Shown here: in pieces, positions 39,819-49,318 of the stretch | Numbering within the stretch: position 1 is the first letter of the stretch | Layout of the letters: each line of letters begins with the position of its first letter | Assembly: GCA_963841915.1 (NCBI GenBank) | Contig: CAWJEN010000006.1 | Span: 800,001-864,000 of the forward strand | Source: an uncultured Planctomycetota bacterium | GTDB taxonomy: Bacteria > Planctomycetota > Phycisphaerae > Tepidisphaerales > Tepidisphaeraceae | Direction of reading: 5' to 3' | Length of the DNA: 64,000 nucleotides | Notes under the pieces: generated by a model | What the model was told of the DNA's origin: nothing | What the model saw: the letters and a program-made list of their open reading frames with translations, nothing else | Databases searched by the model: none | Translations under genes and position numbers: made by a program

Positions 39819-40717
39819 ACCATCGCCATTTCCTCGATGCCGATGTCGAACAGCGGTTTGGTCTGGTCAACCGACAGTTCGCCTCGCCACAAACGGCCTG
39901 CATCCCGGACGTACTCCACTGCACGTTTTAGCGTCTTGGCGTAGCGGCCATGAGCAATCGTTGTCGAAGCAAGGGCGGCATTAACCTCGTCGCTACTCAC
40001 CTGTTCGTCCTTGGCCAGCCGTTGGGTGATCTTGATGAGTGGAGCACTTTCGTCGTAGAAATTGGTCTCAACGAGGTATCGGTTCCACTTGCTCTCGTCC
40101 GGCTTCGTCAGCACGCGCTCGTAGTGTTCGACGTTGATCTTGAAGGTCTGAATGCGGTCGATCAGGCCGTCGAACCATGCGTGGATGTGGTCGTCATCTG
40201 GATTCAGCGTGTGGATGCGGATGAGCTCGCGGCGGGTCACTTCGCGAAACAGCCGGTCGAGCTGAGGCGTGGCGACCTTCTTAGCCGGGTCGAGCATGTC
40301 AGCCTCCATAACGGTCCCGCTGCCGAAGCGCTTCTTGAGCATCAGGACGTCGCAATAGATCGTGCACTCGTTAAAGCCCGGGAAGTCGTCCTGCTGCTTG
40401 AAGTGGTCGAAAACCGGCTTCATGTGACGGTCGATGCTGCGATGAGCCAGGGCCGAAAGGACAAAAGCCAGCTTCTTCTGCCAGTTGTTGTCTGCGTCAC
40501 CGGCGGGCTTGTCGGCTTCCCCGCGGCAGTAGGCAATGAGGTCGGCACTGAAATTGTCGGCCCGGCGGGTCACGCCGCCCATCTGGGCCATGATGTCGTT
40601 CTCCTTGGCGTCCCACACGTCGACAAAGGCCGGCTCAATCCCGCCGTCTTTGCCTAAGGCACGGCACAGGTTGCGGGTGTCGAAGCTCGCGGCGGTGTGG
40701 CAGATGTGCTCGCTCAT
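39788..40717 (-). CDS. Hypothetical protein, possibly Zn-dependent phospholipase C/nuclease P1-like
   Basis: N-terminal SEHICH, LAHRSID.HMK and YCD segments; genome-typical codons. Confidence 0.55.
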   Translation of the reverse strand: MSEHICHTAASFDTRNLCRALGKDGGIEPAFVDVWDAKENDIMAQMGGVTRRADNFSADLIAYCRGEADKPAGDADNNWQKKLAFVLSALAHRSIDRHMKPVFDHFKQQDDFPGFNECTIYCDVLMLKKRFGSGTVMEADMLDPAKKVATPQLDRLFREVTRRELIRIHTLNPDDDHIHAWFDGLIDRIQTFKINVEHYERVLTKPDESKWNRYLVETNFYDESAPLIKITQRLAKDEQVSSDEVNAALASTTIAHGRYAKTLKRAVEYVRDAGRLWRGELSVDQTKPLFDIGIEEMAMVYPEPGEAAA

Positions 40718-40722
40718 GGCAC

Positions 40723-40732
40723 AGCGTACGAT
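40723..40732. promoter_or_regulatory. Putative bidirectional promoter, overlapping -10 boxes
   Basis: AGCGTACGAT gives TACGAT (+, 6 nt before ATG 40739) and TACGCT (-, 5 nt before ATG 40717). Confidence 0.6.
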
Positions 40733-40738
40733 GAGGCC

Positions 40739-41794
40739 ATGAGCCGTCTGTTGTTAGCTGCCGCTTCGTTGCTCGTGTGTTCGCCGCTGGTCATGGCCGA
40801 CCAAATCTGGGTCGGCCGCCTGGGTGCACAGGACGTGACGGTGCGAGGCGTCGAGGAGGGCGAAGTGGTCTACTTTGCCAACGGCCGAGAAGTCCGTACG
40901 CCGCTCGACGAAGTCGCTCGCGTTGAGATCGACGGCCAGGACCAACTTAATGCCGCCGAGGCTGCGTTTCACGAAGGCAACTGGCGAGTCGCCGCCGAGC
41001 AGTACGACCGGCTGCTGACGCGTCGTGGCGGTGAGGACTGGGTCAGGCGGCGAGGCACGTTCCGACTCGTCGAGTCGGCCGCCAAGGCCGGCCTGTTCCC
41101 GCAGGCATCTGCCGGGTTCGTGTCGCTCGTGGAACTCGATCCGGGCGAGGCGGTCGGCAGGCAACCCGATCCGTCGGCGGCGGGCGTCTCACCGGCTGAA
41201 ATCAACGCAGCCCGCGAACGTGTTCGCAACGGCGTCTCAGCAACAGGCAGCAATGCCGCCGCCCGGCAGCAGTTGCTCTCGTTCCTGCTCCAGCTCGACA
41301 ACGCCGTCGGTGACGACGAGGCGGCGGGTAACACGATCAAGCAGTTGTCGACCCTGCTCGGCGAAGACGTGCCGACGGACGCGTCGCAGTGGCCGACCTT
41401 CGCCCGCGTGACGCTGGGTCGGGCGCAGCTTGCCTTGTCATCAAATGATCCGGCTGGGGTCAAGCCGCTTATTGACAAGGCGTCGCCGACGTTTGTGACA
41501 GCTCCGCTCCGGGCAGAGGCATTGCTGATGCTGGCTAAAGCTGCCGAGGCACAGGCCGGTGACAACCGCAGTTCCAAGCTGGACGCAGCGCTTGCGTACG
41601 TCCGTGCGGCAACGCATGGGTCGGACGTGCCGAAGATCGCCGCTGAGGCGTTGCTTGCCGCCGGTGACCTGCATCGGGAGTTGGGCCTGCCTGACGATGC
41701 AAAAGACGTGTACCAGGCGATTGTTCAGCAGTACGCCGACACGCCCGCCGCCGCCGATGCCCAGGCCCGGCTGGACGAAGCTGGCGGTGCGTAA
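40739..41794 (+). CDS. Exported TPR-repeat protein
   Basis: Signal peptide; helical repeats; C-terminal AAEALLAAG...YQAIVQQYADTPAAADA (CpoB/BamD-like TPR). Confidence 0.75.
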   Translation: MSRLLLAAASLLVCSPLVMADQIWVGRLGAQDVTVRGVEEGEVVYFANGREVRTPLDEVARVEIDGQDQLNAAEAAFHEGNWRVAAEQYDRLLTRRGGEDWVRRRGTFRLVESAAKAGLFPQASAGFVSLVELDPGEAVGRQPDPSAAGVSPAEINAARERVRNGVSATGSNAAARQQLLSFLLQLDNAVGDDEAAGNTIKQLSTLLGEDVPTDASQWPTFARVTLGRAQLALSSNDPAGVKPLIDKASPTFVTAPLRAEALLMLAKAAEAQAGDNRSSKLDAALAYVRAATHGSDVPKIAAEALLAAGDLHRELGLPDDAKDVYQAIVQQYADTPAAADAQARLDEAGGA

Positions 41795-41845
41795 GCGGGG
41801 GCGTTCCTTGCGAAACCCCCATCTTCGTGCGACGTTAAGGAAGCT

Positions 41846-42931
41846 ATGAGCGACGTACCCGCCGACGCGACCACCAGTCGCGGCCCATCCGACACCGCCC
41901 CACAGGCCCCCGACGAGGCGGGCAACTACAAGAGCTATCGCAGAAACGTCTGGCGCAAGAGCTGGTTGCAGAGCGTGGTGCCGTGGGCGACGAGCTTTGT
42001 CGTGCACGTGGCGTTGCTGGCCGTCGCGTTGTCGTTACTGGTGACGTACAAGGTCGCTGTTGACAGCGGCCCGGTGGTCGAGCCGGCCAACATCGCCAGC
42101 GCCAAGCTCGCCGAGACGAACGTCGGCGCGACGCCGAATGTCGGCAACGTCGACGACGTCACCCGGCAGAACGCAAGCCTCAACCCCGTCGAGCAAAGCA
42201 CCGACTTCCGCTCGCAAGGCGACGGCGAAAGCACCAACGACCTGCTGGCCGCCACGAGCGGCGGGGCCATGACCGACAGCGCGACCGGCGTGACGGGCAT
42301 GGGTGAGCTCAGCGACGCACTGGGCGGCGGCGGGGGCGAAGGCAGCCCGCTGTTCGGCGAGCCTGGCGGCGGTGACGGGTTCATGGGCATGGGCATGGGT
42401 GGCGACGGCTCCAACGTCACCAACATCGTCTTCGTCTGCGACTCCTCAGGCTCCATGGGTGGCGAAAAGCAGTTCCTGCTGTTTCAGGAGATTCGCAACG
42501 CCATCGCGCCGCTCGAGATCGAGCAGGCGTTCAACATCGTCTTTTTCAGCGGTGACGGCTTCTCCGTCGCTTTTCCAGGCGAACTCAAGCCAGCCAGTCC
42601 TCGGTTTATGGAAGAGGCGGGCGACTTCCTCGACACCGTCAACATGACCGGCCAAACCAACCCGATTCCGGCCTTGGAAGCGGCCTTTGCCATGAAGCCC
42701 GCGCCGCAGTTGATCTTCTTCCTGAGCGACGGCGACTTCGACGGCGTCGTCCAATATCAGGACGTTGTCTCGACGATTGAGCGGCTCAACAGCAACGCAA
42801 CGCCACCGGTCATGATCAACACGATTCAGTTCATCGACAAGGCCGAGGCCGCCGAGGATGTGCTGAAACGTATTGCCTCGATGACGGGTGGCGACTACCA
42901 GTATGTCGATCGAAACTTCTTCGACAACTAA
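41846..42931 (+). CDS. Membrane-anchored vWA-domain protein with TonB/TolA-like anchor
   Basis: TM WATSFVVHVALL (SxxxH); Gly-rich linker; MIDAS VFVCDSSGSM, GQTNP, FFLSDG. Confidence 0.85.
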   Translation: MSDVPADATTSRGPSDTAPQAPDEAGNYKSYRRNVWRKSWLQSVVPWATSFVVHVALLAVALSLLVTYKVAVDSGPVVEPANIASAKLAETNVGATPNVGNVDDVTRQNASLNPVEQSTDFRSQGDGESTNDLLAATSGGAMTDSATGVTGMGELSDALGGGGGEGSPLFGEPGGGDGFMGMGMGGDGSNVTNIVFVCDSSGSMGGEKQFLLFQEIRNAIAPLEIEQAFNIVFFSGDGFSVAFPGELKPASPRFMEEAGDFLDTVNMTGQTNPIPALEAAFAMKPAPQLIFFLSDGDFDGVVQYQDVVSTIERLNSNATPPVMINTIQFIDKAEAAEDVLKRIASMTGGDYQYVDRNFFDN

Positions 42932-43057
42932 CCCGTCATGTTGAAGCCACGCCGCTTGTGCTTTGACGCCAGCCGCTTCGTCTGCAAGAGTGACTGCCCC
43001 GCCTTTGGCCGCTGCATCCTGCACGGCGTTCGTCCTATCTGCTGTTTGCACTCGCAC

Positions 43058-43939
43058 ATGTCGACTTCCTCCCTTTCGTCTGCGACGACGCTCGCCCAGA
43101 GCCGCCTCAAACTTGCCGCCGTCGTCGCCGGTCTTGGCATCGGCTGCTTTGCTGTGTTGCCTGCCCTGGCTCAGGACGCGCCCGAAGCGACCGGCGAGGC
43201 GGCCAATGTTGCCTCCAGCGCTTGGCTGTTGCCGTTCGAGTCGGTGACGCGGTTCCCGCCGGAGCCGGTGTCGCTCGTGATCATTCTGCTGAGCTTCGTC
43301 GCCGTAACGCTGATTATTCAGGCGACGCTGCGGGCCAGGCGTCAAGTGTTGCTCCCTGCCGAGGCCGACGAGCAGATCGAAGAGCTCATCCGGGAGCGCA
43401 AGTTCCGCGAGCTCATCGAGTTCACCGAAGAAGATGACAGCTTCGTCAGCCGTTCGCTCAATCCGGCTTTGAAGCGCGCACCAAGCTTCACCGACATGCG
43501 CGAGAGCCTCGAAGCAAGCGTCGCCGACGAGACGGCAGAAGAGTTCCGCAAGCTCGAGTACATCAACATCCTGGCCAATGTCGGCCCGCTTCTGGGTCTG
43601 CTCGGCACCGTCGTCGGCATCATGGACGCGTTTCTCGCCATGCAAAAAGCCGGCGGATCGGCAGACGTCGGCGCGCTCGCCGGCGGTATCTCGACCGCAC
43701 TCGGCACGACCATGCTCGGCCTCGTCCTGGCTATCCCGTCGCTCGTCGCCTACGGCATGCTTCGCAACAAGGTCGACCGACTCACCACCGAAGGCGCCCT
43801 CGCCGCCGAGGAGTACCTGCTCCTCATCAAGCCTGACAAGAGCAGCGCGTCGAGCTCGTCGTCATCACGTTCGTCTGCCCCGAAGCCGACGCCGTCCAAA
43901 GCCCCTGCCCGTCAGTCGGCACCGGTTCCTTCGGAATAA
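43058..43939 (+). CDS. MotA/TolQ/ExbB proton-channel family protein
   Basis: GPLLGLLGTVVGIM and LAGGISTALGTTMLGLVLAIP. Confidence 0.92.
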   Translation: MSTSSLSSATTLAQSRLKLAAVVAGLGIGCFAVLPALAQDAPEATGEAANVASSAWLLPFESVTRFPPEPVSLVIILLSFVAVTLIIQATLRARRQVLLPAEADEQIEELIRERKFRELIEFTEEDDSFVSRSLNPALKRAPSFTDMRESLEASVADETAEEFRKLEYINILANVGPLLGLLGTVVGIMDAFLAMQKAGGSADVGALAGGISTALGTTMLGLVLAIPSLVAYGMLRNKVDRLTTEGALAAEEYLLLIKPDKSSASSSSSSRSSAPKPTPSKAPARQSAPVPSE

Positions 43940-43960
43940 CGCCCGTCTCACCAGCTCGTC

Positions 43961-44446
43961 ATGAAGCGACGCTCCAAGCCACTACCCGGTCAGGCGGTCA
44001 ACATCACGCCGCTGAGCGACATCATGTTGTCGCTCTTGATCTTCTTCATGCTCGTCAGCAAGACGGGTGTCGAGACGGGTGCCGACCGCGAGCTGCCGTT
44101 GCCGGTCGCCACGCTCGGCATCACGCAGGACCAGTTCGACGAAGAGCGGGTGGCCACCAGCTTCCTGGTCGTCAACGTTCGCGAGTCACCTGTGCCGGGA
44201 AATCCAAGCGTCTACGGCAAGTACATCGTTTCCGGAGAAGAGTGGCGATTTACCACCCGTGACCCCCGCACCGACAGCCCGACGCTGCAGCGTTTTATCT
44301 CCGACTTCAAGAAGGACCGCGACGATTTCGAGGTCTACATCCACGCCGGCCGAAATACGCCGTATCGGGATATCGAGGCCGTCCTGCGTGCGGTCAGCAG
44401 TGCCGATGTCGCCGGCGTGCAGTACGCGTTCGATCAACCGATCTGA
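43961..44446 (+). CDS. ExbD/TolR family protein (conserved Asp present)
   Basis: VNITPLSDIMLSLLIFFML; C-terminal IHAGRNTPYRDI. Confidence 0.88.
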   Translation: MKRRSKPLPGQAVNITPLSDIMLSLLIFFMLVSKTGVETGADRELPLPVATLGITQDQFDEERVATSFLVVNVRESPVPGNPSVYGKYIVSGEEWRFTTRDPRTDSPTLQRFISDFKKDRDDFEVYIHAGRNTPYRDIEAVLRAVSSADVAGVQYAFDQPI

Positions 44447-44449
44447 GTC

Positions 44450-44902
44450 ATGAAACGAGTCCGCCAACAACGTCGTGACGAGCCGCCGAACCTGACGCCT
44501 GTCGTCAATGTGGCCATGGTCGTGCTCGTCGTCTTCATGCTGACGGCCAGCTTCATCGAGCCCCAACCCTACATGCAAAGCCGCGTCGCGCTGCTCGAGC
44601 AGGGCGGCCAATCGTCCTACACGGCAGAGGACGAACCACTACGCGTCAGCGTCGACATCGATCCGGCCACGCCCAGCGAGTTCACCGCCACCATCGGCGG
44701 TGACCGCACGGGCGATGACGCTCAGCTCCGTGCCATCTTTCAAGCCCGGGCCGACGCACTTACCGGCATCGACGCCGACCTCGGTGCCACGCAGGTCGAG
44801 ATCAGCCCGCAGCAGCAAGTTGTCTGGCAGCACCTGCTGACGGTTTATCAAGCCGCTCAATTCGCCGGCTTCTCGAACATCACGTTCACGCCCGGCCGCT
44901 GA
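44450..44902 (+). CDS. Second ExbD/TolR family protein (Asp replaced by Asn)
   Basis: PNLTPVVNVAMVVLVVFMLTASF; C-terminal AGFSNITF. Confidence 0.85.
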   Translation: MKRVRQQRRDEPPNLTPVVNVAMVVLVVFMLTASFIEPQPYMQSRVALLEQGGQSSYTAEDEPLRVSVDIDPATPSEFTATIGGDRTGDDAQLRAIFQARADALTGIDADLGATQVEISPQQQVVWQHLLTVYQAAQFAGFSNITFTPGR

Positions 44903-44999
44903 AAATTTGGTTCGCAGCATGTAACCGTCAAAGCCACTTCAGTGGCCTTGCTCCCGCACGCACCTCACCCTCAGACACCGTCGCCCTCTAAGCTCCACC

Positions 45000-47846
45000 A
45001 TGTCTCTGCCTCGAAGCACTGTGACGAAGCAATTGATCCTTCTGCGTGCAACAGCAGGCGTGGTCTTTGCGTTGACGATGACTGCCGCGGCGCAGGTCGA
45101 CCAAGGTCCGACGGGTCTTGACGCCTTGGACGAGGGTCGCGTTCTGTCGAAGGTCACCGACCTGGGCCTGGGCGACCTGCTGCGTCATGCGATCGAGGCC
45201 GATGGTGTCTCGCCCGATGATGCCGACGTGTATTTGGCGAACCTTGCCTTGGCACGGTTGACCGGCGACGTTCCCGTTCCCGCCGCCGAACGGCAGGCAC
45301 TGGTCCTCGACATAGCGGGTGGCGTCGACGAATTGATATCCCGCGAGCCCGACGAGCGCGAGGTCACGCGGCTGGCCGGTCAGATGCTCAGCCAGGCCAG
45401 CGTCCTCATCGACCGCGGCATCGGTGAAGAGGTGCGACTGCTCGAGTACTTCGGCGACAACCCCGACCGCCGCCGGTACGTCGGCACGGTTGCCGAGGCC
45501 GTCGCCAAGCTGCTCAACCGGTCAGCCGATCTGTACGAGGGTGAGTCGACGCGGCTGGCCGACCTCATCGTGCGGGCCGGCCAGCCCGAGCAGGCGCTCG
45601 CCGCCGAGGCCCAACGGTCGGCTCGGCAGGCACGGTCGCTGGCCACCTTCGCAGACTACTACCGGGTCCTGGGCACAGATCCCGACGTGCCGCAACGCAT
45701 CAATCTGGCCGAAGACGTCGCCCAGCGATTAGCCAGTTTGAATACGTCGCGCAACCCCAGCCGAGGCTTCGTCCAGCTCATGCTCGGCAAGGTGAATCAG
45801 GCCCGCGGCAATGCCACCGGGCGCGAGCAAGCGGTCGAGTACTTTGAGCAGGCGATCACCAACGAGCAGAATCCGGCACGCCTCTTCGACGCCTACTTCG
45901 GCCGGGCTGTCACCACGGCACAGCTGGGTCAAGCGGACGAAGCCGCCCAGCAGCTCGCCACGTTCCAGAGGTGGTTCGACCAGCAACCTGCCGACGCGCT
46001 GCCGGGGCGTGACGCGCTCATGCTCGTCGCCGCCTACCGCGTCGCCGAAGCCGCTGCGTCAACTGCCACGACCGACACCGCCAAGCAGGCAGCCGACGAT
46101 CAGGCGACGCAGTTGCTCGTGGAGCTCGTCGAGCAGCACGAAGGCTACCGCCCGATTGTGACCGGTCAGCTGCTGGCCCGCACGGGGGACGACGACGGCG
46201 GCGAGATCGGAGAACTTACGCCGCTCGTGCTCGACGCGATCGTCGACAAGGGCCGAGTCGAGGCGGCAGAAATCGCGGCGGGTGAGGACGGTGACAGGGC
46301 CGCCATTGAGCGTGGTGTCGAGGCGGCCGAGGAGCTTGCCGCCCGTGCCGAGGCCGGCGCGGAGGGCGTTGATCAGCAGGCCGCCGCCCGCAATACGTTC
46401 CTGGCCGCGTTGATGACGCGGACGCTCGGCGACGATCTTGGTGCTGCCGAACTGTTTGTCCGCTACGGCGACTTGCCGGCAGCAGAGCCCGACCGCCGCC
46501 TGAGCAGTTACCGGCAGGCGATGGCGATCGTGGATCAGGTACGCCGCCAAAGCCCGGCGGAAGCCGACAGTGACCTGGCCGTCCGTACCGACGCCGTCGA
46601 GGCCAAGCTGCTGCCGGCCTTGGTCGACGACTTCAACGAGGTCCGCTTTGCCTTCGACCTGGCGAACCGCCGTCATCGCGCCGGCGAGCTGACCGACGCC
46701 GTGACCTATTACGCGCAGGTGCCTGCCGACGACCCGCGGAAGCCGTCTGCCGAGCGGTTGCAGTTCCTGGCGATGGCCGAGTCGGCATCGAAGGGCGAGG
46801 CCGATCCTGCGGCCGTGTCGCAAGCTGTCACCCAGGGCGAAGCTGCCGTGACCGCCAACGAGCAGGCGGCCAGCGCCGCCTCGGGCAGCGTGAAGGAGGC
46901 CTATCAGCTTTCAATCGCAGAGACGAAAGTTGCGCTGGCACGATTAGCGTTGAACGAGCTGGCCGACAGCGGGCGGGCGTCGCGTTACCTCGCCGGCATC
47001 GAGCAGGATCTGCAAGGCATCGACGCCGCCCGTGGTGTGCTGGAAGACGCGCTGCCGCTTCGCTTCCAAGCTCAAGCGGCGTCGGGCGATGTCGACGGCG
47101 CGACGGCCGACCTGCTTGCGTTGCTCGAGCAGAGCGACCCGGTTCGCGGGTTCCGCTACATTGAGCAGTTCCGTGACACGCTCAGCCGAGCCTACGACGC
47201 AGCCGTGCGTCGTGGCGACGAGGAGCAACGCAAGAGCTTGACCCTCACCCGAGCCGCTGTGACACCCAAGCTGGTCGACTGGATCGAAAGCAGCGACGAC
47301 CCGGCGTACCGCAAGTACGCCTACACGTTCCGCACGCTTGACGCCGAGACGCAATACCAGGCCGCGCTGGAAGAAAGCGGCGGCGACCGCCGCACCGAAC
47401 GCCTGCGTGTCGCGCTGGATCGTTACCGCCAGCTCGCCGAGGCCGAGCAGGTCCGCCAGTTCCGCAACCTCATCGACGGCCTGACCGACGCTCAACGTGA
47501 GACGGTGCAGTACGACCCGAACGTGTTGCTCAATCAGGCACGCATCCACTTCGAACTCGGCGAGTACGAGCAGACTCGCAACGTGCTGGGCCGCCTGCTC
47601 AGCGACCGCACGCTCGGCGACCCGATGCGCCTCGAAGCCATTGACGGCGTCACCCGCGAGGTGCCCAATGACGACTTCTGGGAAGCGCAGCTTCGTTACG
47701 CTCAGGCCAGCCTGCGGACCGACGAAGCCAACCGCGACGACGTGAAGAAGCTCGTCCAACGCCTCGACGCGCTCAACGGCGACGCCGTTGACGCAACGAA
47801 GTGGGCAGACGAGTTTGCCGCGTTACGGCAAGAACTCGGCCTGTAA
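45000..47846 (+). CDS. Large exported alpha-helical/TPR-like protein
   Basis: Signal-like N-terminus; Ala-rich helical repeats such as LLNQARIHFELGEYEQ; 948 aa. Confidence 0.75.
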   Translation: MSLPRSTVTKQLILLRATAGVVFALTMTAAAQVDQGPTGLDALDEGRVLSKVTDLGLGDLLRHAIEADGVSPDDADVYLANLALARLTGDVPVPAAERQALVLDIAGGVDELISREPDEREVTRLAGQMLSQASVLIDRGIGEEVRLLEYFGDNPDRRRYVGTVAEAVAKLLNRSADLYEGESTRLADLIVRAGQPEQALAAEAQRSARQARSLATFADYYRVLGTDPDVPQRINLAEDVAQRLASLNTSRNPSRGFVQLMLGKVNQARGNATGREQAVEYFEQAITNEQNPARLFDAYFGRAVTTAQLGQADEAAQQLATFQRWFDQQPADALPGRDALMLVAAYRVAEAAASTATTDTAKQAADDQATQLLVELVEQHEGYRPIVTGQLLARTGDDDGGEIGELTPLVLDAIVDKGRVEAAEIAAGEDGDRAAIERGVEAAEELAARAEAGAEGVDQQAAARNTFLAALMTRTLGDDLGAAELFVRYGDLPAAEPDRRLSSYRQAMAIVDQVRRQSPAEADSDLAVRTDAVEAKLLPALVDDFNEVRFAFDLANRRHRAGELTDAVTYYAQVPADDPRKPSAERLQFLAMAESASKGEADPAAVSQAVTQGEAAVTANEQAASAASGSVKEAYQLSIAETKVALARLALNELADSGRASRYLAGIEQDLQGIDAARGVLEDALPLRFQAQAASGDVDGATADLLALLEQSDPVRGFRYIEQFRDTLSRAYDAAVRRGDEEQRKSLTLTRAAVTPKLVDWIESSDDPAYRKYAYTFRTLDAETQYQAALEESGGDRRTERLRVALDRYRQLAEAEQVRQFRNLIDGLTDAQRETVQYDPNVLLNQARIHFELGEYEQTRNVLGRLLSDRTLGDPMRLEAIDGVTREVPNDDFWEAQLRYAQASLRTDEANRDDVKKLVQRLDALNGDAVDATKWADEFAALRQELGL

Positions 47847-47854
47847 GGTGGGTC

Positions 47855-49228
47855 ATGGCAGACGACGCTTTGATGATCGGGGTGAGCGGCATGCGTGGCA
47901 CGATCGGCGGCACGCTGACGCCGCGCATCGTCGCTCGGATGGCCGGCGCGTACGCTACATACCTGTGGAGCCGGCACGAACGGAGCAACGACAAGCCGCC
48001 GCACGTCGTGCTGGGGCGTGATTCGCGACCGAGTGGCGCGTGGGTTCGCGATGCCGCCGTCGCGTCGCTTGTTGCAGCCGGTTGCGAGGTGACGGATCTC
48101 GGCGTCGTCACCACGCCAGGTGTGGCCATGCGGGTCGAACAGCTACAAGCCGATGCCGGCATGGTCGTGACGGCAAGTCACAACCCGATCCAATGGAATG
48201 GCCTGAAGCTGCTCGACCATCGCGGCGTCGCGCCACCACCGGCGGAGGTCGCCAGCGTCATCGACCTTTACGAGCGTGATGAAGCCACGCACGTGACGGT
48301 GGATCGACTCGTGATGCCAAGGAGTGATCCGCAGACGCACCCGTACCACGTCGAGCGGATCATCGACCGCATCGACGCCCTTGGCGTCTACACGAAGGCG
48401 TTCAAGGTCGTTGTCGACAGCGTCAACGGGGCCGGCTGTGTGACGAGCGCGACGATGCTCAGCAAGCTCGGCTGCCGACTCGTGCACCTGAATGATCGGT
48501 CCGATGGCCAGTTCCCGCACGAGCCGGAGCCGACGGAGGCGAACCTGACGCAGCTGTGCGAGGCGGTCCGGAAGCAGAAGGCGGCAGTCGGTTTTGCACA
48601 GGATCCGGACGCGGATCGCCTGGCCATCGTCGATGAGAACGGCCACTACATCGGCGAGGAGTACAGCCTGGCGTTGTGTGCCCGTCACATCCTCAGCAAG
48701 AAGCCGGGCGGTGTGGTGGTGACGAATCTCTCGACGAGCCGCATGGTCGACGATGTGGCCGCGAAGTTCGGCGGACGCGTCATCCGCACGCCGGTCGGCG
48801 AAGCCAATGTGATCGACGCGATGCTCCGTGAAGGGGCGACCATCGGCGGCGAGGGCAACGGCGGCGTCATTGACCCACGCATCGTCAAAGGCCGTGACTC
48901 GCTCGTCGGCATGGCTTACGTCCTGCAGCTCATGGCCGACACAGGCATGACGATCAGCGAGCTCGTTGCCGAGATGCCCAGCTACGCGATCGTCAAGGAC
49001 AAGCTGCCCTTGGCCAAGAAGGAAGACGCCACCGCGGTCATCGACAAGATCAGCGCGAAGTATGACAACGAAAACCAGGACAGCAGCGACGGCCTTCGGA
49101 TCGACTGGCCCGACGGCTGGTTGAGCGTCCGGGCCAGCAACACTGAGCCGATTCTGCGGCTCATCTGCGAAGCGCCCGACGAGTCTGCGGCCAGGTCGCG
49201 GCTTCAAGAGGCTCGGAGCGTCTTGTGA
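47855..49228 (+). CDS. glmM: Phosphoglucosamine mutase / PMM-PGM family
   Basis: GRDSR, TASHNP, QDPDADR, GGEGNGG, VRASNTEP. Confidence 0.85.
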   Translation: MADDALMIGVSGMRGTIGGTLTPRIVARMAGAYATYLWSRHERSNDKPPHVVLGRDSRPSGAWVRDAAVASLVAAGCEVTDLGVVTTPGVAMRVEQLQADAGMVVTASHNPIQWNGLKLLDHRGVAPPPAEVASVIDLYERDEATHVTVDRLVMPRSDPQTHPYHVERIIDRIDALGVYTKAFKVVVDSVNGAGCVTSATMLSKLGCRLVHLNDRSDGQFPHEPEPTEANLTQLCEAVRKQKAAVGFAQDPDADRLAIVDENGHYIGEEYSLALCARHILSKKPGGVVVTNLSTSRMVDDVAAKFGGRVIRTPVGEANVIDAMLREGATIGGEGNGGVIDPRIVKGRDSLVGMAYVLQLMADTGMTISELVAEMPSYAIVKDKLPLAKKEDATAVIDKISAKYDNENQDSSDGLRIDWPDGWLSVRASNTEPILRLICEAPDESAARSRLQEARSVL

Positions 49229-49318
49229 GGCCTGCGTCCACTTCGGCAGAAATGAACCCGGCCGCCCAAGGTGGCGCTACTGTTTGGTAGGCGTTCCCGT
49301 TCGCAAACCCACCATCTC

